Positions 37,734 to 47,702 of a DNA stretch of 64,000 nt are shown here, piece by piece. Position 1 is the stretch's first letter, and each line of letters opens with the position of its first letter. Origin of the DNA: Escherichia phage vB_EcoM_ESCO47; sequence record OM386662.1; one strand, given 5' to 3'. A program made the position numbers and the translations under genes. Under the pieces are notes generated by a model. That model was not told where the DNA came from. It was given only the letters and a program-made list of their open reading frames with translations, and ran no database searches.

Positions 37734-38714
37734 ATGTTCAACGTTCAAATCAAAAAAGGTATCTATCGTAATAACGAAATCTCTGGTTCTTATGTCGCCA
37801 CAAAGACCTGGTTCCCGGCAAAGCTTAATCCTGAGTGTTCTCACCTCGGTGATGGTAAAGTTTTCATTATGATTGATGGTTCTGAACGTGGAGTATGGGT
37901 CTTTAAATCAGATATCGTTATGGAAGGAGTTGAGACCTCTCCAGTTACAGTTGTTGAAAGCAACGAAGACATGAAAACTCGTATCAATAAACGCTTTAAA
38001 GTAATGAATATGATGACGAATGGCATTATCAATGGCAAAATTCGTTCACTCATTATTTCAGGTGCAGCTGGTATTGGTAAAACGTATTCTCTGGATAAAG
38101 CACTTAATAACGCTAATGATAATGGTTTCATCAAATACAAAAGCATTAATGGTAAAATCTCTGGTATTGGCCTTTACGAACAACTTTGGCTCAACCGTGA
38201 TGCAGACAGCGTTCTCTTAATCGACGACGTTGATGTATTCTCAGATATGGACATCTTGAACCTTCTTAAAGCAGCATTAGATACTGGTGATAAACGCAAA
38301 GTTTGTTGGAGCACTGCGTCATCTTATCTCGATGATAAGGGTATTGATAAAGAATTTGAGTTTGAAGGTACTATCGTTTTCATTACAAACGTTGATATCG
38401 ATAAAGAGTTAGAACGCGGTTCGAAACTTGCTCCACACCTTCAGGCTTTAGTATCTCGTTCAGTGTATCTTGACCTTGGAGTACACTCTAATGAAGAGAT
38501 TATGGTTCGAGTTGAAGATGTAATATTATCTACTGACATGATGCAGAAACGTGGTCTGACTGATGCAGAAACGTATAAAGCATTATCTTGGATGAAGGCT
38601 AACGTATCTCGTCTTCGCAATGTATCATTACGTACGGCTCTTTATGTAGCAGATTTTATTTCAACTGATAAAGATGGTTGGGAGGAAATCTCTGAAGTAA
38701 CTTTACTGAAATAA
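37734..38714 (+). CDS. AAA+/P-loop ATPase
   Basis: Walker A ISGAAGIGKT, Walker B VLLIDDVD; start set at ATG 37734 with GGAG RBS. Confidence 0.6.
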   Translation: MFNVQIKKGIYRNNEISGSYVATKTWFPAKLNPECSHLGDGKVFIMIDGSERGVWVFKSDIVMEGVETSPVTVVESNEDMKTRINKRFKVMNMMTNGIINGKIRSLIISGAAGIGKTYSLDKALNNANDNGFIKYKSINGKISGIGLYEQLWLNRDADSVLLIDDVDVFSDMDILNLLKAALDTGDKRKVCWSTASSYLDDKGIDKEFEFEGTIVFITNVDIDKELERGSKLAPHLQALVSRSVYLDLGVHSNEEIMVRVEDVILSTDMMQKRGLTDAETYKALSWMKANVSRLRNVSLRTALYVADFISTDKDGWEEISEVTLLK

Positions 38715-38852
38715 GCTTATAGGAAGTTCTGAGATAACAAAAGCCATAAAGATGAATAATCATATGGCTTACCTCAAAGAAGGACACCAGGAACCTACTG
38801 AGGGCATAGAAATATTTAAAAATAATGATGTACAAATCAAAGAGGATATGTT

Positions 38853-39140
38853 ATGGATTTTATGCAAAAAATTAAAGCCGCAGTCGAACTCTATGCTCAT
38901 CGTATGGTTAGTTCTACGATGCAATATAGCGAGGAGGTTCGCCAGGACTCTTCCTTGAAAGGAAAAACTAAAGCCTTAATTACCTTAGATCGTTTGCAAA
39001 AGAATGCCGTAGAGATGCTCCAGTACGACAAGGGTGTATATAAGAAAGAACAGGAAGAGAAACTTAAATCTGAAAAATTAAAGAAAATCCCGAAGTCGGT
39101 TTGGTTCAGTGGAAAAAATACCGAAAAAAGTTTCTTTTAG
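38853..39140 (+). CDS. Hypothetical protein
   Basis: 95-aa ORF with AGAGGA RBS; overlaps alternative ORF 38752-38958. Confidence 0.4.
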   Translation: MDFMQKIKAAVELYAHRMVSSTMQYSEEVRQDSSLKGKTKALITLDRLQKNAVEMLQYDKGVYKKEQEEKLKSEKLKKIPKSVWFSGKNTEKSFF

Positions 39141-39142
39141 TT

Positions 39143-39182
39143 GTTTACAAGGTCTATGGTTATGTTATTATAGACCTATCAA
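39143..39182 (+). promoter_or_regulatory. T4-type early promoter
   Basis: GTTTAC ... TGTTATTAT ... CCTATCAA. Confidence 0.55.
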
Positions 39183-39198
39183 CTACTGGAGGTAAAAC

Positions 39199-39723
39199 AT
39201 GAACGCTAAAGATATTTTCAATCTGGTAAATTATAACGACGGTAAATTTAAATCTGAAGCACAAAGCAAGTTCTTTAATGATGTTGCTTATGGTAACGAG
39301 ATTACCGTAGACGGAGGTCAGATTTTCAAATCTCGCTGGAATTGGATTGTTATCATCGATTCAGTTGGAATTGTGGAAGTCTACAAAAACACCAACAAAA
39401 AACGTACTCTTCACTGGAGTCGTGCTACAAACGCAGAGTATCAGGCAAAACGTAAAGCACATAACATGCCTACTGAGTCTGATATCCAAAACATTAAATC
39501 AGATATCGAATACTACGACAGTCTGATTGCAGAACAACAAGCAGTTATTGACAAGTTCGACGAAATCAAAGCTTGTAAAGAAATTCCTGAATTTATGCGG
39601 GAATCAGTAAACGAACAGTACGCCCTCACTTCAGGTCGTATCGAGCAGTACAAATCACAACGAGCAGAACGCCAAGCACTTCTTCGGAAATTTGAAGAAC
39701 GTTTAAAGACGGTTCACGCATAA
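39199..39723 (+). CDS. Hypothetical protein
   Basis: 174-aa ORF with GGAGG RBS and early promoter. Confidence 0.5.
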   Translation: MNAKDIFNLVNYNDGKFKSEAQSKFFNDVAYGNEITVDGGQIFKSRWNWIVIIDSVGIVEVYKNTNKKRTLHWSRATNAEYQAKRKAHNMPTESDIQNIKSDIEYYDSLIAEQQAVIDKFDEIKACKEIPEFMRESVNEQYALTSGRIEQYKSQRAERQALLRKFEERLKTVHA

Positions 39724-39785
39724 ACGCTTTACCCAAGGATGGGTTATAATGGTTTTGAGTTCCAATTCAATCTGAGGAAATAGAT

Positions 39786-40763
39786 ATGAGTATTACATCA
39801 AACGCAGTAAAACATGAAATCAATGTATTATGCTCCAAACAACTTCCGATTTGGTTTGCTACCAGCAATCGTCGCGAATCTCTTAATTATGAAGCGATCG
39901 CTGTTCAAGTTCATCAACTGTTAATTACTAAATTTGATTTCCATGTACCGTCAGAAATCTATATTAAGTTGGCTATTACGTTGCTTAAAGAGTGCAAAAA
40001 TTATGGTCGCTCTATGGCAGACGGTATTTTCAACGCGTTGAACAAGCTTAATGTTCTGTCAATGGTTAACTCAAACAATATTTTGCGTAATCTCGGACGT
40101 ACTGATCTGTTCTGTCGTGAAAAAGGTAAAATGACACTCAAACAGATCGCCCATCATCTCAACCAGAACCAGTCTAGGTTTATCGCAGTATCGGCACGGT
40201 TACAGACTGGTCTGAATCGTCAGATGAATTTTAAAACGTTTTCAAAATATCCGGGTTATAACGAATTCTTTAAATGCGAAGTCCAGAACATTGGTGGTAA
40301 AACCGTGTTGGTTGTTCGTGTAACATTTGAAGGACGTCGTCAGCATTATTTTAATATTATCGGGTCCGGCCTTCAACATTTAGGTTTTATCGACGAAGTT
40401 AAGATTTTACGTCAACCGAACGGATTCTCGATTGGGTACGAATGCACGTTAAAAGATGAGTTTTTAGAAAAAGCTCCTCCTAAATTCGTTGAAGCACCGC
40501 CGATTATGGCAACACGTGATATTGCCGAAGAAGACAAGCTTCAAGAGCTTATCGACAATCTTGAATCAGGATTTGATCAACCTGTACAGAAATTTAAATC
40601 AAAACATGCTGAACAAATCAAATATTTTGAAGAACTGATTAATGAGCTTAATGTAACTATTCAACAGACTGACGATGAAATCTCTCGATTAGCCGGTATG
40701 AATGGTAAAAATAAAACCGAACGAGCTAATCTTATTCAGGTTGTAAAACTTCTTAAGGAATGA
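39786..40763 (+). CDS. Hypothetical protein with C-terminal coiled coil (paralog pair A)
   Basis: 325 aa; GAGGAA RBS; upstream CCAAGGAYGG...TATAAT element shared with next gene. Confidence 0.5.
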   Translation: MSITSNAVKHEINVLCSKQLPIWFATSNRRESLNYEAIAVQVHQLLITKFDFHVPSEIYIKLAITLLKECKNYGRSMADGIFNALNKLNVLSMVNSNNILRNLGRTDLFCREKGKMTLKQIAHHLNQNQSRFIAVSARLQTGLNRQMNFKTFSKYPGYNEFFKCEVQNIGGKTVLVVRVTFEGRRQHYFNIIGSGLQHLGFIDEVKILRQPNGFSIGYECTLKDEFLEKAPPKFVEAPPIMATRDIAEEDKLQELIDNLESGFDQPVQKFKSKHAEQIKYFEELINELNVTIQQTDDEISRLAGMNGKNKTERANLIQVVKLLKE

Positions 40764-40821
40764 TGTACAACCAAGGACGGATGGAGTATAATCATTCTAT
40801 CTTAACCAAGAGGAGAACATT

Positions 40822-41775
40822 ATGAAAACTCGTTCACATTACATTGATTACTTTGCAGGTCTTATCGCTAACGTTCATGCCCAACGTGCTTCTGGTGTAC
40901 TAGGATTTGATGTTCCACACCGAGATGTAGTAAGTGGTATTCTTCGAGATTTTGGTACATACATAGGCCAAGAAAATCATATCTGTAAAGATACTCAAAA
41001 TGCATATTCTCATTCATTAGGGACACTGCTTCAATGGTTCAAACGTTCTCGTTTATTATCTTCTACTGTAGCTCGCGATAACATTAAAAACTTTATGAAG
41101 CCGAGCTTTATTAAATCTGTGACATCTAAAACCGATTTGGTTGAATTCACTATTGTTAATGATGTTAAAAAGACTCGTTTGGCTGATTGGTTAACTACCA
41201 TTCCTGAAACTAAATTTGCTGATAAATTTGCTTGTGAATTCAATAACCAAGTGAATATGCTTTTTAAACATTCTCGTAAATTATTCACAGGCGGCGATGA
41301 TCGTACAAATACAGTTCATGCTAAAGATTGGGTTACTGCAGTGTTCAAACCAACCGGTAATGGTACCGCATCATTATCAATTGATATTCAGGTTCCTTAT
41401 TATTACTCACGTAATCTCGGCACCATGAAAGCTGAAGAAATTAAGAAGCACAATAAAACCATTCGTTCGCTGACTTATAAACTTCGCATGATGTTAAGAA
41501 TCATGGACGTGGTAGAAATGTATGATGAAACCGAAGATAACGGTTCAATGTTATTCAGTTCTCGTATTCAAATTAAGCTGAAGAACCCTAATACGTATAA
41601 ACCTAAGCCTATTAAAGAACCTAAAGTAGAAAAAGTTGATAATTTAAGAGAAGAACGCGAATATCTCAAATCTCGTCTGAAAGAAGTCGAAGCCCAGATT
41701 GCAGAACAAACTAAATCGTTAAAAGCTCTGAATGCGAAAGCGGATGGTTTACGAAATGCCATTGAGGTTTTATAA
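40822..41775 (+). CDS. Hypothetical protein with C-terminal coiled coil (paralog pair B)
   Basis: 317 aa; AGAGGAG RBS; similar size and architecture to 39786-40763. Confidence 0.5.
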   Translation: MKTRSHYIDYFAGLIANVHAQRASGVLGFDVPHRDVVSGILRDFGTYIGQENHICKDTQNAYSHSLGTLLQWFKRSRLLSSTVARDNIKNFMKPSFIKSVTSKTDLVEFTIVNDVKKTRLADWLTTIPETKFADKFACEFNNQVNMLFKHSRKLFTGGDDRTNTVHAKDWVTAVFKPTGNGTASLSIDIQVPYYYSRNLGTMKAEEIKKHNKTIRSLTYKLRMMLRIMDVVEMYDETEDNGSMLFSSRIQIKLKNPNTYKPKPIKEPKVEKVDNLREEREYLKSRLKEVEAQIAEQTKSLKALNAKADGLRNAIEVL

Positions 41776-42080
41776 TGAAACTACGTCTTTTAGAGGATAT
41801 TGATATGAACACTAATCACCGCTTGGTTAAGTTTATTGACGATAGTTCAAAGATTGAATTTGTTCAGCGAGATAAAATCCACGGTGAAGAAGAGTTCGTT
41901 CCTCCGGCATGGAACGAAATAATGAAAATGGTTGAACGACGTGAAAATGCTGCCAAATCGGCAGCAAAACATCCATGCCCGGAATGTGGAACTATCCAAG
42001 TCCAACTGGTTAACTGGACCACTGATAACTTGAAATTGAAATGTCGTAAATGCTTCCACAAATTTGAGAGAACATTATAA
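41775..42080 (+). CDS. Zinc-ribbon hypothetical protein
   Basis: CPECG...CRKC four-Cys motif; ATGA coupling. Confidence 0.45.
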   Translation: MKLRLLEDIDMNTNHRLVKFIDDSSKIEFVQRDKIHGEEEFVPPAWNEIMKMVERRENAAKSAAKHPCPECGTIQVQLVNWTTDNLKLKCRKCFHKFERTL

Positions 42081-42493
42081 TGAGATATAGCCTTCGTTGT
42101 TTTATTGCAGCTTTAGTTTTTGTCATCATTCCATTCATTTGGAGCAGCCAGAATACTTACATGGAAACTAAAGTAATTCCTGTGGAGGTAGTGGAATTAA
42201 TCTCAGGCCAATCTACAGGAAAATATTCTAAATTGGAATTTATTGCAGTTTATAAAGATGAACAAGGTCGAGTTTTTGACAGGCATGTATCTCCATCATT
42301 TTATACGCTTCTGAATAAAGGTGATACGATAGCTATAGAAATTCGTGAGATGGATATCAAACAAACTACTAAAGATAACCTGATTTGGTTCTTTGGTACA
42401 GTGTTGATGTTCTCTATCGGTATCACAGGTTTTATTACATGTATTGTATTTGGTGTTGCATATTTAATCGATGAAAGGAAAAATAATGTTTAA
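42080..42493 (+). CDS. Membrane protein
   Basis: N- and C-terminal TM segments. Confidence 0.45.
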   Translation: MRYSLRCFIAALVFVIIPFIWSSQNTYMETKVIPVEVVELISGQSTGKYSKLEFIAVYKDEQGRVFDRHVSPSFYTLLNKGDTIAIEIREMDIKQTTKDNLIWFFGTVLMFSIGITGFITCIVFGVAYLIDERKNNV

Positions 42494-42749
42494 AGTGTAT
42501 GGTTATGACTCTACTATTCATAAATGCATTTATTGTGATAATGCGAAACGATTGCTGACTGTTAAGAAACAGCCATTCGAATTCATTAATGTTATGCCAG
42601 AAAAAGGTGTGTTCGACGATGAGAAAATTGCTGAGCTTCTGGTTAAGCTTGGACGTGAATCACAAGTCGGATTGACTATGCCTCAAGTGTTTGCTCCTGA
42701 CGGAAGTCACATTGGTGGATTTGACCAACTGCGAGAATATTTTAAATGA
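42486..42749 (+). CDS. nrdC: Thioredoxin/glutaredoxin NrdC
   Basis: MFKVYGYDSTIHKCIYCDNAKRLL... matches recalled T4 NrdC, CxYC active site; start set at MFKVY. Confidence 0.9.
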   Translation: MFKVYGYDSTIHKCIYCDNAKRLLTVKKQPFEFINVMPEKGVFDDEKIAELLVKLGRESQVGLTMPQVFAPDGSHIGGFDQLREYFK

Positions 42750-43081
42750 ACGATATTGATTTCGCCAAAGCATATAAATTTGTAGCAACTCTTCTCGGCC
42801 CTGACGCTCCTACTAAGCTTGAAGTTTTAAATTCGATTCCGACTTCATTGGTTCGAGATGCTGAAATATGGACATGGGACGACCCGGCTGTTTGTGAAGA
42901 CCTGTATATTCTGATGAATGACTTGATGGTTAAAAAGCCTGAAACAATGGTTACTATTACTGCTGAAGAATATAATCGCCTACAAGCCATAGAAGAGCTT
43001 CTGTGGAACATTGAATCAGCTTTGCCGTCTGGACTAGAATCCTGGATTGATTATGAAGAGCTCAATAAACTCCGCGGTTAA
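42746..43081 (+). CDS. Hypothetical protein
   Basis: 111-aa ATGA-coupled ORF. Confidence 0.45.
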   Translation: MNDIDFAKAYKFVATLLGPDAPTKLEVLNSIPTSLVRDAEIWTWDDPAVCEDLYILMNDLMVKKPETMVTITAEEYNRLQAIEELLWNIESALPSGLESWIDYEELNKLRG

Positions 43082-43130
43082 ACCGTGGTATTCGGCTCGA
43101 TGGGAGACTGTCGAGCCGGACGTCGAAACA

Positions 43131-43162
43131 GTTTACAACGACGAAGAAACATGTTATGATGA
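43131..43162 (+). promoter_or_regulatory. T4-type early promoter
   Basis: GTTTAC ... TGTTATGAT. Confidence 0.4.
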
Positions 43163-43200
43163 ACCTTCAATAAATGAATTAATTGATATGGAGTATGGTT

Positions 43201-43614
43201 ATGAATATTTCTGAAACTCGCGGTAAATGGTTCAAGATTGTTAAAGAAGATGAAGAACTACAAGCCAAGTTTCCTGAATTAAAGAAAGGAACAATCATCA
43301 AGGTAATTGGTATTTCAACAACGGCTGACCTGTCTGGTGGCATCGTTGAAGTGATGTTGTCTACTGGCGAGAAACTTTGCATCAACGACCGTGATATTGG
43401 TTTTTGGTGTTTCTGGGAATCTGATTCAATAGATGAACTCGAAGAAATTGACCAAGTAGTTCGTGACAGTGAACTACTTGGTGAATTCGAAGGGGAACGT
43501 ATTTCTTATGCTTTAGCTAAATTAGCCGCACAAGAAAATAATGACGGCTATGAAGGTAATCTGATGCAAGCCGCAGCGGAATACATTGAATATTTAGAAA
43601 GACGTTTAAGTTAA
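43201..43614 (+). CDS. Hypothetical acidic protein
   Basis: Start chosen at third ATG with GGAG RBS. Confidence 0.45.
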   Translation: MNISETRGKWFKIVKEDEELQAKFPELKKGTIIKVIGISTTADLSGGIVEVMLSTGEKLCINDRDIGFWCFWESDSIDELEEIDQVVRDSELLGEFEGERISYALAKLAAQENNDGYEGNLMQAAAEYIEYLERRLS

Positions 43615-43623
43615 AGGTTTATT

Positions 43624-43803
43624 ATGAAAACTGAATTATTTTATGGCGAAAGAAAAAATGGACAAAAATCCTGGAAATTTGTTATGACTGGGGCTCCAAA
43701 CAATCCGACTATGGCTACTTCAATTATTTCAGTAACACGTCCTACTAAGAAAATGATTCGTCAATATAAACGTTTTCATCGAGACTTTTATAACGTTTAC
43801 TAA
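43624..43803 (+). CDS. Small basic protein (59 aa)
   Basis: AAAGG RBS; below ORF-track cutoff. Confidence 0.35.
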   Translation: MKTELFYGERKNGQKSWKFVMTGAPNNPTMATSIISVTRPTKKMIRQYKRFHRDFYNVY

Positions 43804-43805
43804 AT

Positions 43806-43813
43806 TATAAATA
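43806..43813 (+). promoter_or_regulatory. T4 late promoter (gene 49)
   Basis: TATAAATA 30 nt upstream of gene 49 ATG, followed by a short hairpin. Confidence 0.6.
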
Positions 43814-43842
43814 CCCTTATCTATTTAAGGTAAGGGTTTATC

Positions 43843-44316
43843 ATGTTATTATCAGGCGCAAAATATAAAGAAGAAAAACAAAAATTTTATGATGCACAGA
43901 ATGGTAAGTGTCCTATTTGCCACCGTGAATTAGACCCTGATGTTCAAGGTAACCATCTTGACCACGACCACGAATTAAACGGGCCAAAAGCCGGTAGAGT
44001 TCGTGGATTACTCTGTAATCTGTGCAACGCAGCAGAAGGTCAAATGAAGCATAAGTTCAACCGTTCCGGTCTTAAAGGCTGTGATGTCGACTACCTAGAA
44101 TGGCTTGAAGCTCTTCTTGCTTATTTGAAACAAGATTATTCTGATAATAATATCCATCCTAATTTTGTTCCAGACAAAACTAAAGAGTTCTCAAGACTAT
44201 GTAAAGAGGAAATGATGGCTGAGATGCTTCAAAGAGGATTTGAATATAATGAATCTGATACTAAAACACAATTAATAGCTTCATTCAAAAAGCAGCTTAG
44301 AAAGAGTTTAAAATGA
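43843..44316 (+). CDS. 49: Endonuclease VII (Holliday junction resolvase) gp49
   Basis: 157 aa MLLSGAKYKEEKQKFYDAQNGKCPICHREL...HLDHDHELNGPKAGRVRGLLCNLCN matches recalled T4 gp49; late promoter upstream. Confidence 0.9.
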   Translation: MLLSGAKYKEEKQKFYDAQNGKCPICHRELDPDVQGNHLDHDHELNGPKAGRVRGLLCNLCNAAEGQMKHKFNRSGLKGCDVDYLEWLEALLAYLKQDYSDNNIHPNFVPDKTKEFSRLCKEEMMAEMLQRGFEYNESDTKTQLIASFKKQLRKSLK

Positions 44317-46130
44317 AAATCGAAAAAGAAATTGAAGGATTAATTCATAAAACTAATAAAGATCTTTTGAACGAGAATGCTAATAAAGATTCTCGTGTTT
44401 TTCCAACTCAACGGGACCTTATGGCTGGTATTGTGTCTAAGCACATTGCCAAAAATATGGTCCCGTCTTTTATTATGAATGCGCATGAAAGCGGAATCAT
44501 TCACATGCATGATATTGATTATTCTCCTGCTCTTCCGTTTACTAATTGCTGTTTAGTCGATTTAAAGGGGATGCTTGAGAATGGATTTAAATTAGGCAAT
44601 GCTCAAATTGAAACGCCTAAATCTATTGGCGTTGCTACTGCAATTATGGCACAAATTACTGCACAAGTTGCTTCACACCAGTATGGCGGAACTACATTTG
44701 CGAATGTTGATAAAGTTCTTTCTCCTTATGTTAAACGCACATACGCTAAACATGTTGAAGATGCAGAAAAATGGCAAATACCAGACATTCTGAATTATGC
44801 TCAATCCAAAACAGAAAAAGATGTCTATGACGCATTCCAAGCTTACGAATATGAAGTGAACACGTTATTCAGTTCAAACGGACAAACTCCTTTTGTTACT
44901 ATAACATTTGGAACAGGAACTGATTGGACTGAACGAATGATTCAGAAGGCAATTCTTAAAAACCGCATTAAAGGCCTTGGTCGTGATGGAATAACTCCTA
45001 TTTTTCCTAAACTTGTTATGTTTGTTGAAGAAGGTGTTAATCTTTATAAAGATGATCCGAACTATGATATTAAACAGCTTGCTCTAGAGTGCGCAAGCAA
45101 AAGAATGTATCCTGATATTATTTCAGCTAAGAACAATAAAGCTATCACTGGCTCATCTATTCCTGTTTCTCCAATGGGTTGCCGCAGTTTCTTGAGTGTG
45201 TGGAAAGATTCAACCTGTAATGAAATTCTTGACGGACGTAATAATCTCGGTGTTGTAACACTGAATCTTCCTCGTATCGCATTGGATTCTTATATTGGAA
45301 CACAGTTCAATGAACAGAAATTTATCGAATTATTTAATGAACGAATGGATTTATGTTTTGAAGCTTTGATGTGTAGAATTAGTTCCTTAAAAGGAGTTAA
45401 AGCGACTGTTGCTCCTATTCTTTATCAAGAAGGTGCATTCGGGGTTCGTCTTAAACCTGATGACGACATAATTGAGTTATTTAAAAACGGTAGAAGTTCA
45501 GTGTCTTTGGGATACATTGGTATTCACGAATTGAATATTCTTGTTGGACGCGATATTGGGCAAGAAATTTTAACTAAAATGAATGCTCATCTTAAACAGT
45601 GGACTGAAAGAACTGGATTTGCTTTTAGTTTATATTCTACTCCTGCTGAAAACCTTTGTTATCGCTTCTGTAAACTCGATACAGAAAAATATGGAAGTGT
45701 AAAAGATGTTACCGATAAAGGTTGGTACACTAACAGTTTCCATGTTTCAGTAGAAGAAAATATTACTCCATTTGAAAAGATTTCTCGTGAAGCGCCATAT
45801 CATTTCATTGCGACAGGTGGTCACATTTCTTATGTCGAACTTCCTGATATGAAAAATAACTTAAAAGGACTTGAGGCTGTGTGGGATTATGCTGTACAAC
45901 ATTTAGATTATTTTGGTGTTAATATGCCAGTAGATAAATGTTTTACATGTGGAAGTACCCATGAAATGACTCCTACTGAAAACGGATTTGTTTGTTCAGT
46001 TTGTGGAGAAACTGATCCTAAAAAGATGAATACCATAAGAAGAACATGTGGTTATTTGGGAAATCCGAACGAACGCGGATTTAATCTAGGTAAAAATAAA
46101 GAAATCATGCATAGGGTTAAACACCAATGA
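44313..46130 (+). CDS. nrdD: Anaerobic ribonucleoside-triphosphate reductase NrdD
   Basis: 605 aa (same as spliced T4 NrdD); C-terminal Cys cluster CFTCGS...CSVCGE and glycyl-radical region; uninterrupted ORF. Confidence 0.9.
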   Translation: MKIEKEIEGLIHKTNKDLLNENANKDSRVFPTQRDLMAGIVSKHIAKNMVPSFIMNAHESGIIHMHDIDYSPALPFTNCCLVDLKGMLENGFKLGNAQIETPKSIGVATAIMAQITAQVASHQYGGTTFANVDKVLSPYVKRTYAKHVEDAEKWQIPDILNYAQSKTEKDVYDAFQAYEYEVNTLFSSNGQTPFVTITFGTGTDWTERMIQKAILKNRIKGLGRDGITPIFPKLVMFVEEGVNLYKDDPNYDIKQLALECASKRMYPDIISAKNNKAITGSSIPVSPMGCRSFLSVWKDSTCNEILDGRNNLGVVTLNLPRIALDSYIGTQFNEQKFIELFNERMDLCFEALMCRISSLKGVKATVAPILYQEGAFGVRLKPDDDIIELFKNGRSSVSLGYIGIHELNILVGRDIGQEILTKMNAHLKQWTERTGFAFSLYSTPAENLCYRFCKLDTEKYGSVKDVTDKGWYTNSFHVSVEENITPFEKISREAPYHFIATGGHISYVELPDMKNNLKGLEAVWDYAVQHLDYFGVNMPVDKCFTCGSTHEMTPTENGFVCSVCGETDPKKMNTIRRTCGYLGNPNERGFNLGKNKEIMHRVKHQ

Positions 46131-46597
46131 ATTATGATAGATTTTATCCTTGTGATTTTGTGAATGGCCCTGGTTGCAGGGTCGTTCTTTTCGTTACAGG
46201 TTGTTTGCATAAATGCGAAGGGTGTTATAATAAATCAACATGGAATGCTAGAAATGGTATTCCATTCACTGGTGAAACACTAGAACAATTAATTGAATGT
46301 TTGAATAATGATTATATAGAAGGATTGACTATAACCGGAGGTGACCCTCTCTATCCTGATAACAGAGATGTGATTCACTCCGTGGTTCAAACTATTAAAA
46401 ATCTTTATCCAAATAAAAGCATTTGGTTGTGGACAGGATATAAGTTTGAAGATATTAAACAACTAGAAATGCTTAAATATGTTGATGTTATTATTGATGG
46501 GAAGTATGAGAAAAATCTTCCGACCAAAAAACTGTGGCGAGGATCAGATAATCAGCGACTTTGGTCAAATACCGATGGGGTGTGGAAACATGATTAA
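46127..46597 (+). CDS. nrdG: Anaerobic RNR activating enzyme NrdG
   Basis: Radical-SAM Cys cluster GCLHKCEGC; 156 aa as in T4; ATGA-coupled to nrdD. Confidence 0.9.
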   Translation: MNYDRFYPCDFVNGPGCRVVLFVTGCLHKCEGCYNKSTWNARNGIPFTGETLEQLIECLNNDYIEGLTITGGDPLYPDNRDVIHSVVQTIKNLYPNKSIWLWTGYKFEDIKQLEMLKYVDVIIDGKYEKNLPTKKLWRGSDNQRLWSNTDGVWKHD

Positions 46598-46712
46598 ATT
46601 GAATTACATTATGGATACTATAAATGGTATGATTTTTAATTTTGGTCCAGAATTTTATTCGCAATACAGTTTAGTGCTTATCAATGCTTGGTTAATCAAT
46701 TAAGGGTAAAAT

Positions 46713-46928
46713 ATGTATAAATTTCGTAAAGGTTTAGCTGATTTTCTTACAACTGTAACGTTCTTTTTGTTTATGGCAGTTGGAGCTATTTTTCTTATTC
46801 CTTTTACTGTTGTATTTTTCATGATTAGTTTAATTTCTCCGGAAAAGGGTTTATCCTCCAGCGAATTCAATGAACGTTTGGACAAAATTACTAATAAACT
46901 GAATTCTGTTCTTGATAAAAAGGCTTAA
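46713..46928 (+). CDS. Small membrane protein
   Basis: Two TM segments. Confidence 0.45.
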   Translation: MYKFRKGLADFLTTVTFFLFMAVGAIFLIPFTVVFFMISLISPEKGLSSSEFNERLDKITNKLNSVLDKKA

Positions 46929-46930
46929 TT

Positions 46931-47242
46931 ATGATTAGTTTTGAGCGGTATGTGGTGGAGAGATGGAATGGGTTTGATATGTTCGGTAATGACTATTATT
47001 TCTATGAATGTAGTCTAAATCCTAGTTTCTGGGCCGGACGTGAATCTGATCTCGAAGAAATTAATGCTCGCGCCGACCTGTTAGGTGAACTCCCTACAGT
47101 ATACTTTAGCTTTGACGAGTCAGGTTTCGTTATCCAAGTTTATTTTCCTGAAGAAAATTCAGGTGATGATTCTGTTAACCCGCCTTATTGGGCTTACCAG
47201 GGGATTATTTCTCGTGGAACAAAACAAGAACCTACAGAATAA
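46931..47242 (+). CDS. Hypothetical protein
   Basis: 103-aa ORF with AAAAGG RBS. Confidence 0.45.
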   Translation: MISFERYVVERWNGFDMFGNDYYFYECSLNPSFWAGRESDLEEINARADLLGELPTVYFSFDESGFVIQVYFPEENSGDDSVNPPYWAYQGIISRGTKQEPTE

Positions 47243-47537
47243 AATTGAAATCTACGGTATCCCTGAAGAAGTTGGTCGTTGTCCTGGATGCCATATGGTC
47301 ACAAAACTTTTAAAGGAACTCAATGCTCCTTTTACCTTTTATAAAGTCCTCACTAATAATGGTAAGATTGAATATGACCGTCCTTTAATCGTATCTCTTG
47401 CTAAACGTGCAGGATTCACTTCACTTAATATTCGTTATCCTGTCATATTTTTAAATGATAAGAAACAAAAGAATATTGCAGAGTTTAAAGAGTCTCTAAT
47501 TTCATTAGGATATGACTCTGATATAATCGAAGATTGA
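47166..47537 (+). CDS. nrdH: Glutaredoxin-like protein (NrdH-like); start uncertain
   Basis: CPGC redox motif in KIEIYGIPEEVGRCPGCHMV; only in-frame ATG (47166) overlaps previous gene in another frame; domain begins near 47241 without canonical start. Confidence 0.45.
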   Translation: MILLTRLIGLTRGLFLVEQNKNLQNKIEIYGIPEEVGRCPGCHMVTKLLKELNAPFTFYKVLTNNGKIEYDRPLIVSLAKRAGFTSLNIRYPVIFLNDKKQKNIAEFKESLISLGYDSDIIED

Positions 47538-47559
47538 CCAGGAGCCGTCTGGTCTTCTT
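47535..47559 (+). terminator. Intrinsic terminator candidate after glutaredoxin gene
   Basis: GACCAG-GAGCCGT-CTGGTC followed by TTCTTT. Confidence 0.5.
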
Positions 47560-47645
47560 TAACCCACTTCCTATATAATCTATTAGATTTCTTTCCTCTT
47601 TATCACAGTGTGCCCCTCTCAAATCAAAAATATTTTCATAAAGCA

Positions 47646-47678
47646 GTTTACTTTTGCCTATGGTGTGATACAGTAGTA
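47646..47678 (+). promoter_or_regulatory. T4-type early promoter
   Basis: GTTTAC ... TGTGATACAGT. Confidence 0.45.
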
Positions 47679-47702
47679 TTAACAACGTGTAAAGGAGCTC
47701 GT

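Noticed and set aside
38752-38958. 68-aa ORF overlapping ORF 38853-39140 in another frame
   Set aside because: Weak ribosome-binding site and 100-nt overlap; kept only the downstream ORF, although a frameshifted single gene cannot be excluded
44313-46130. Group I intron in nrdD as in T4
   Set aside because: The reading frame is continuous over 605 codons, the length of the spliced T4 protein, so no intron is present here
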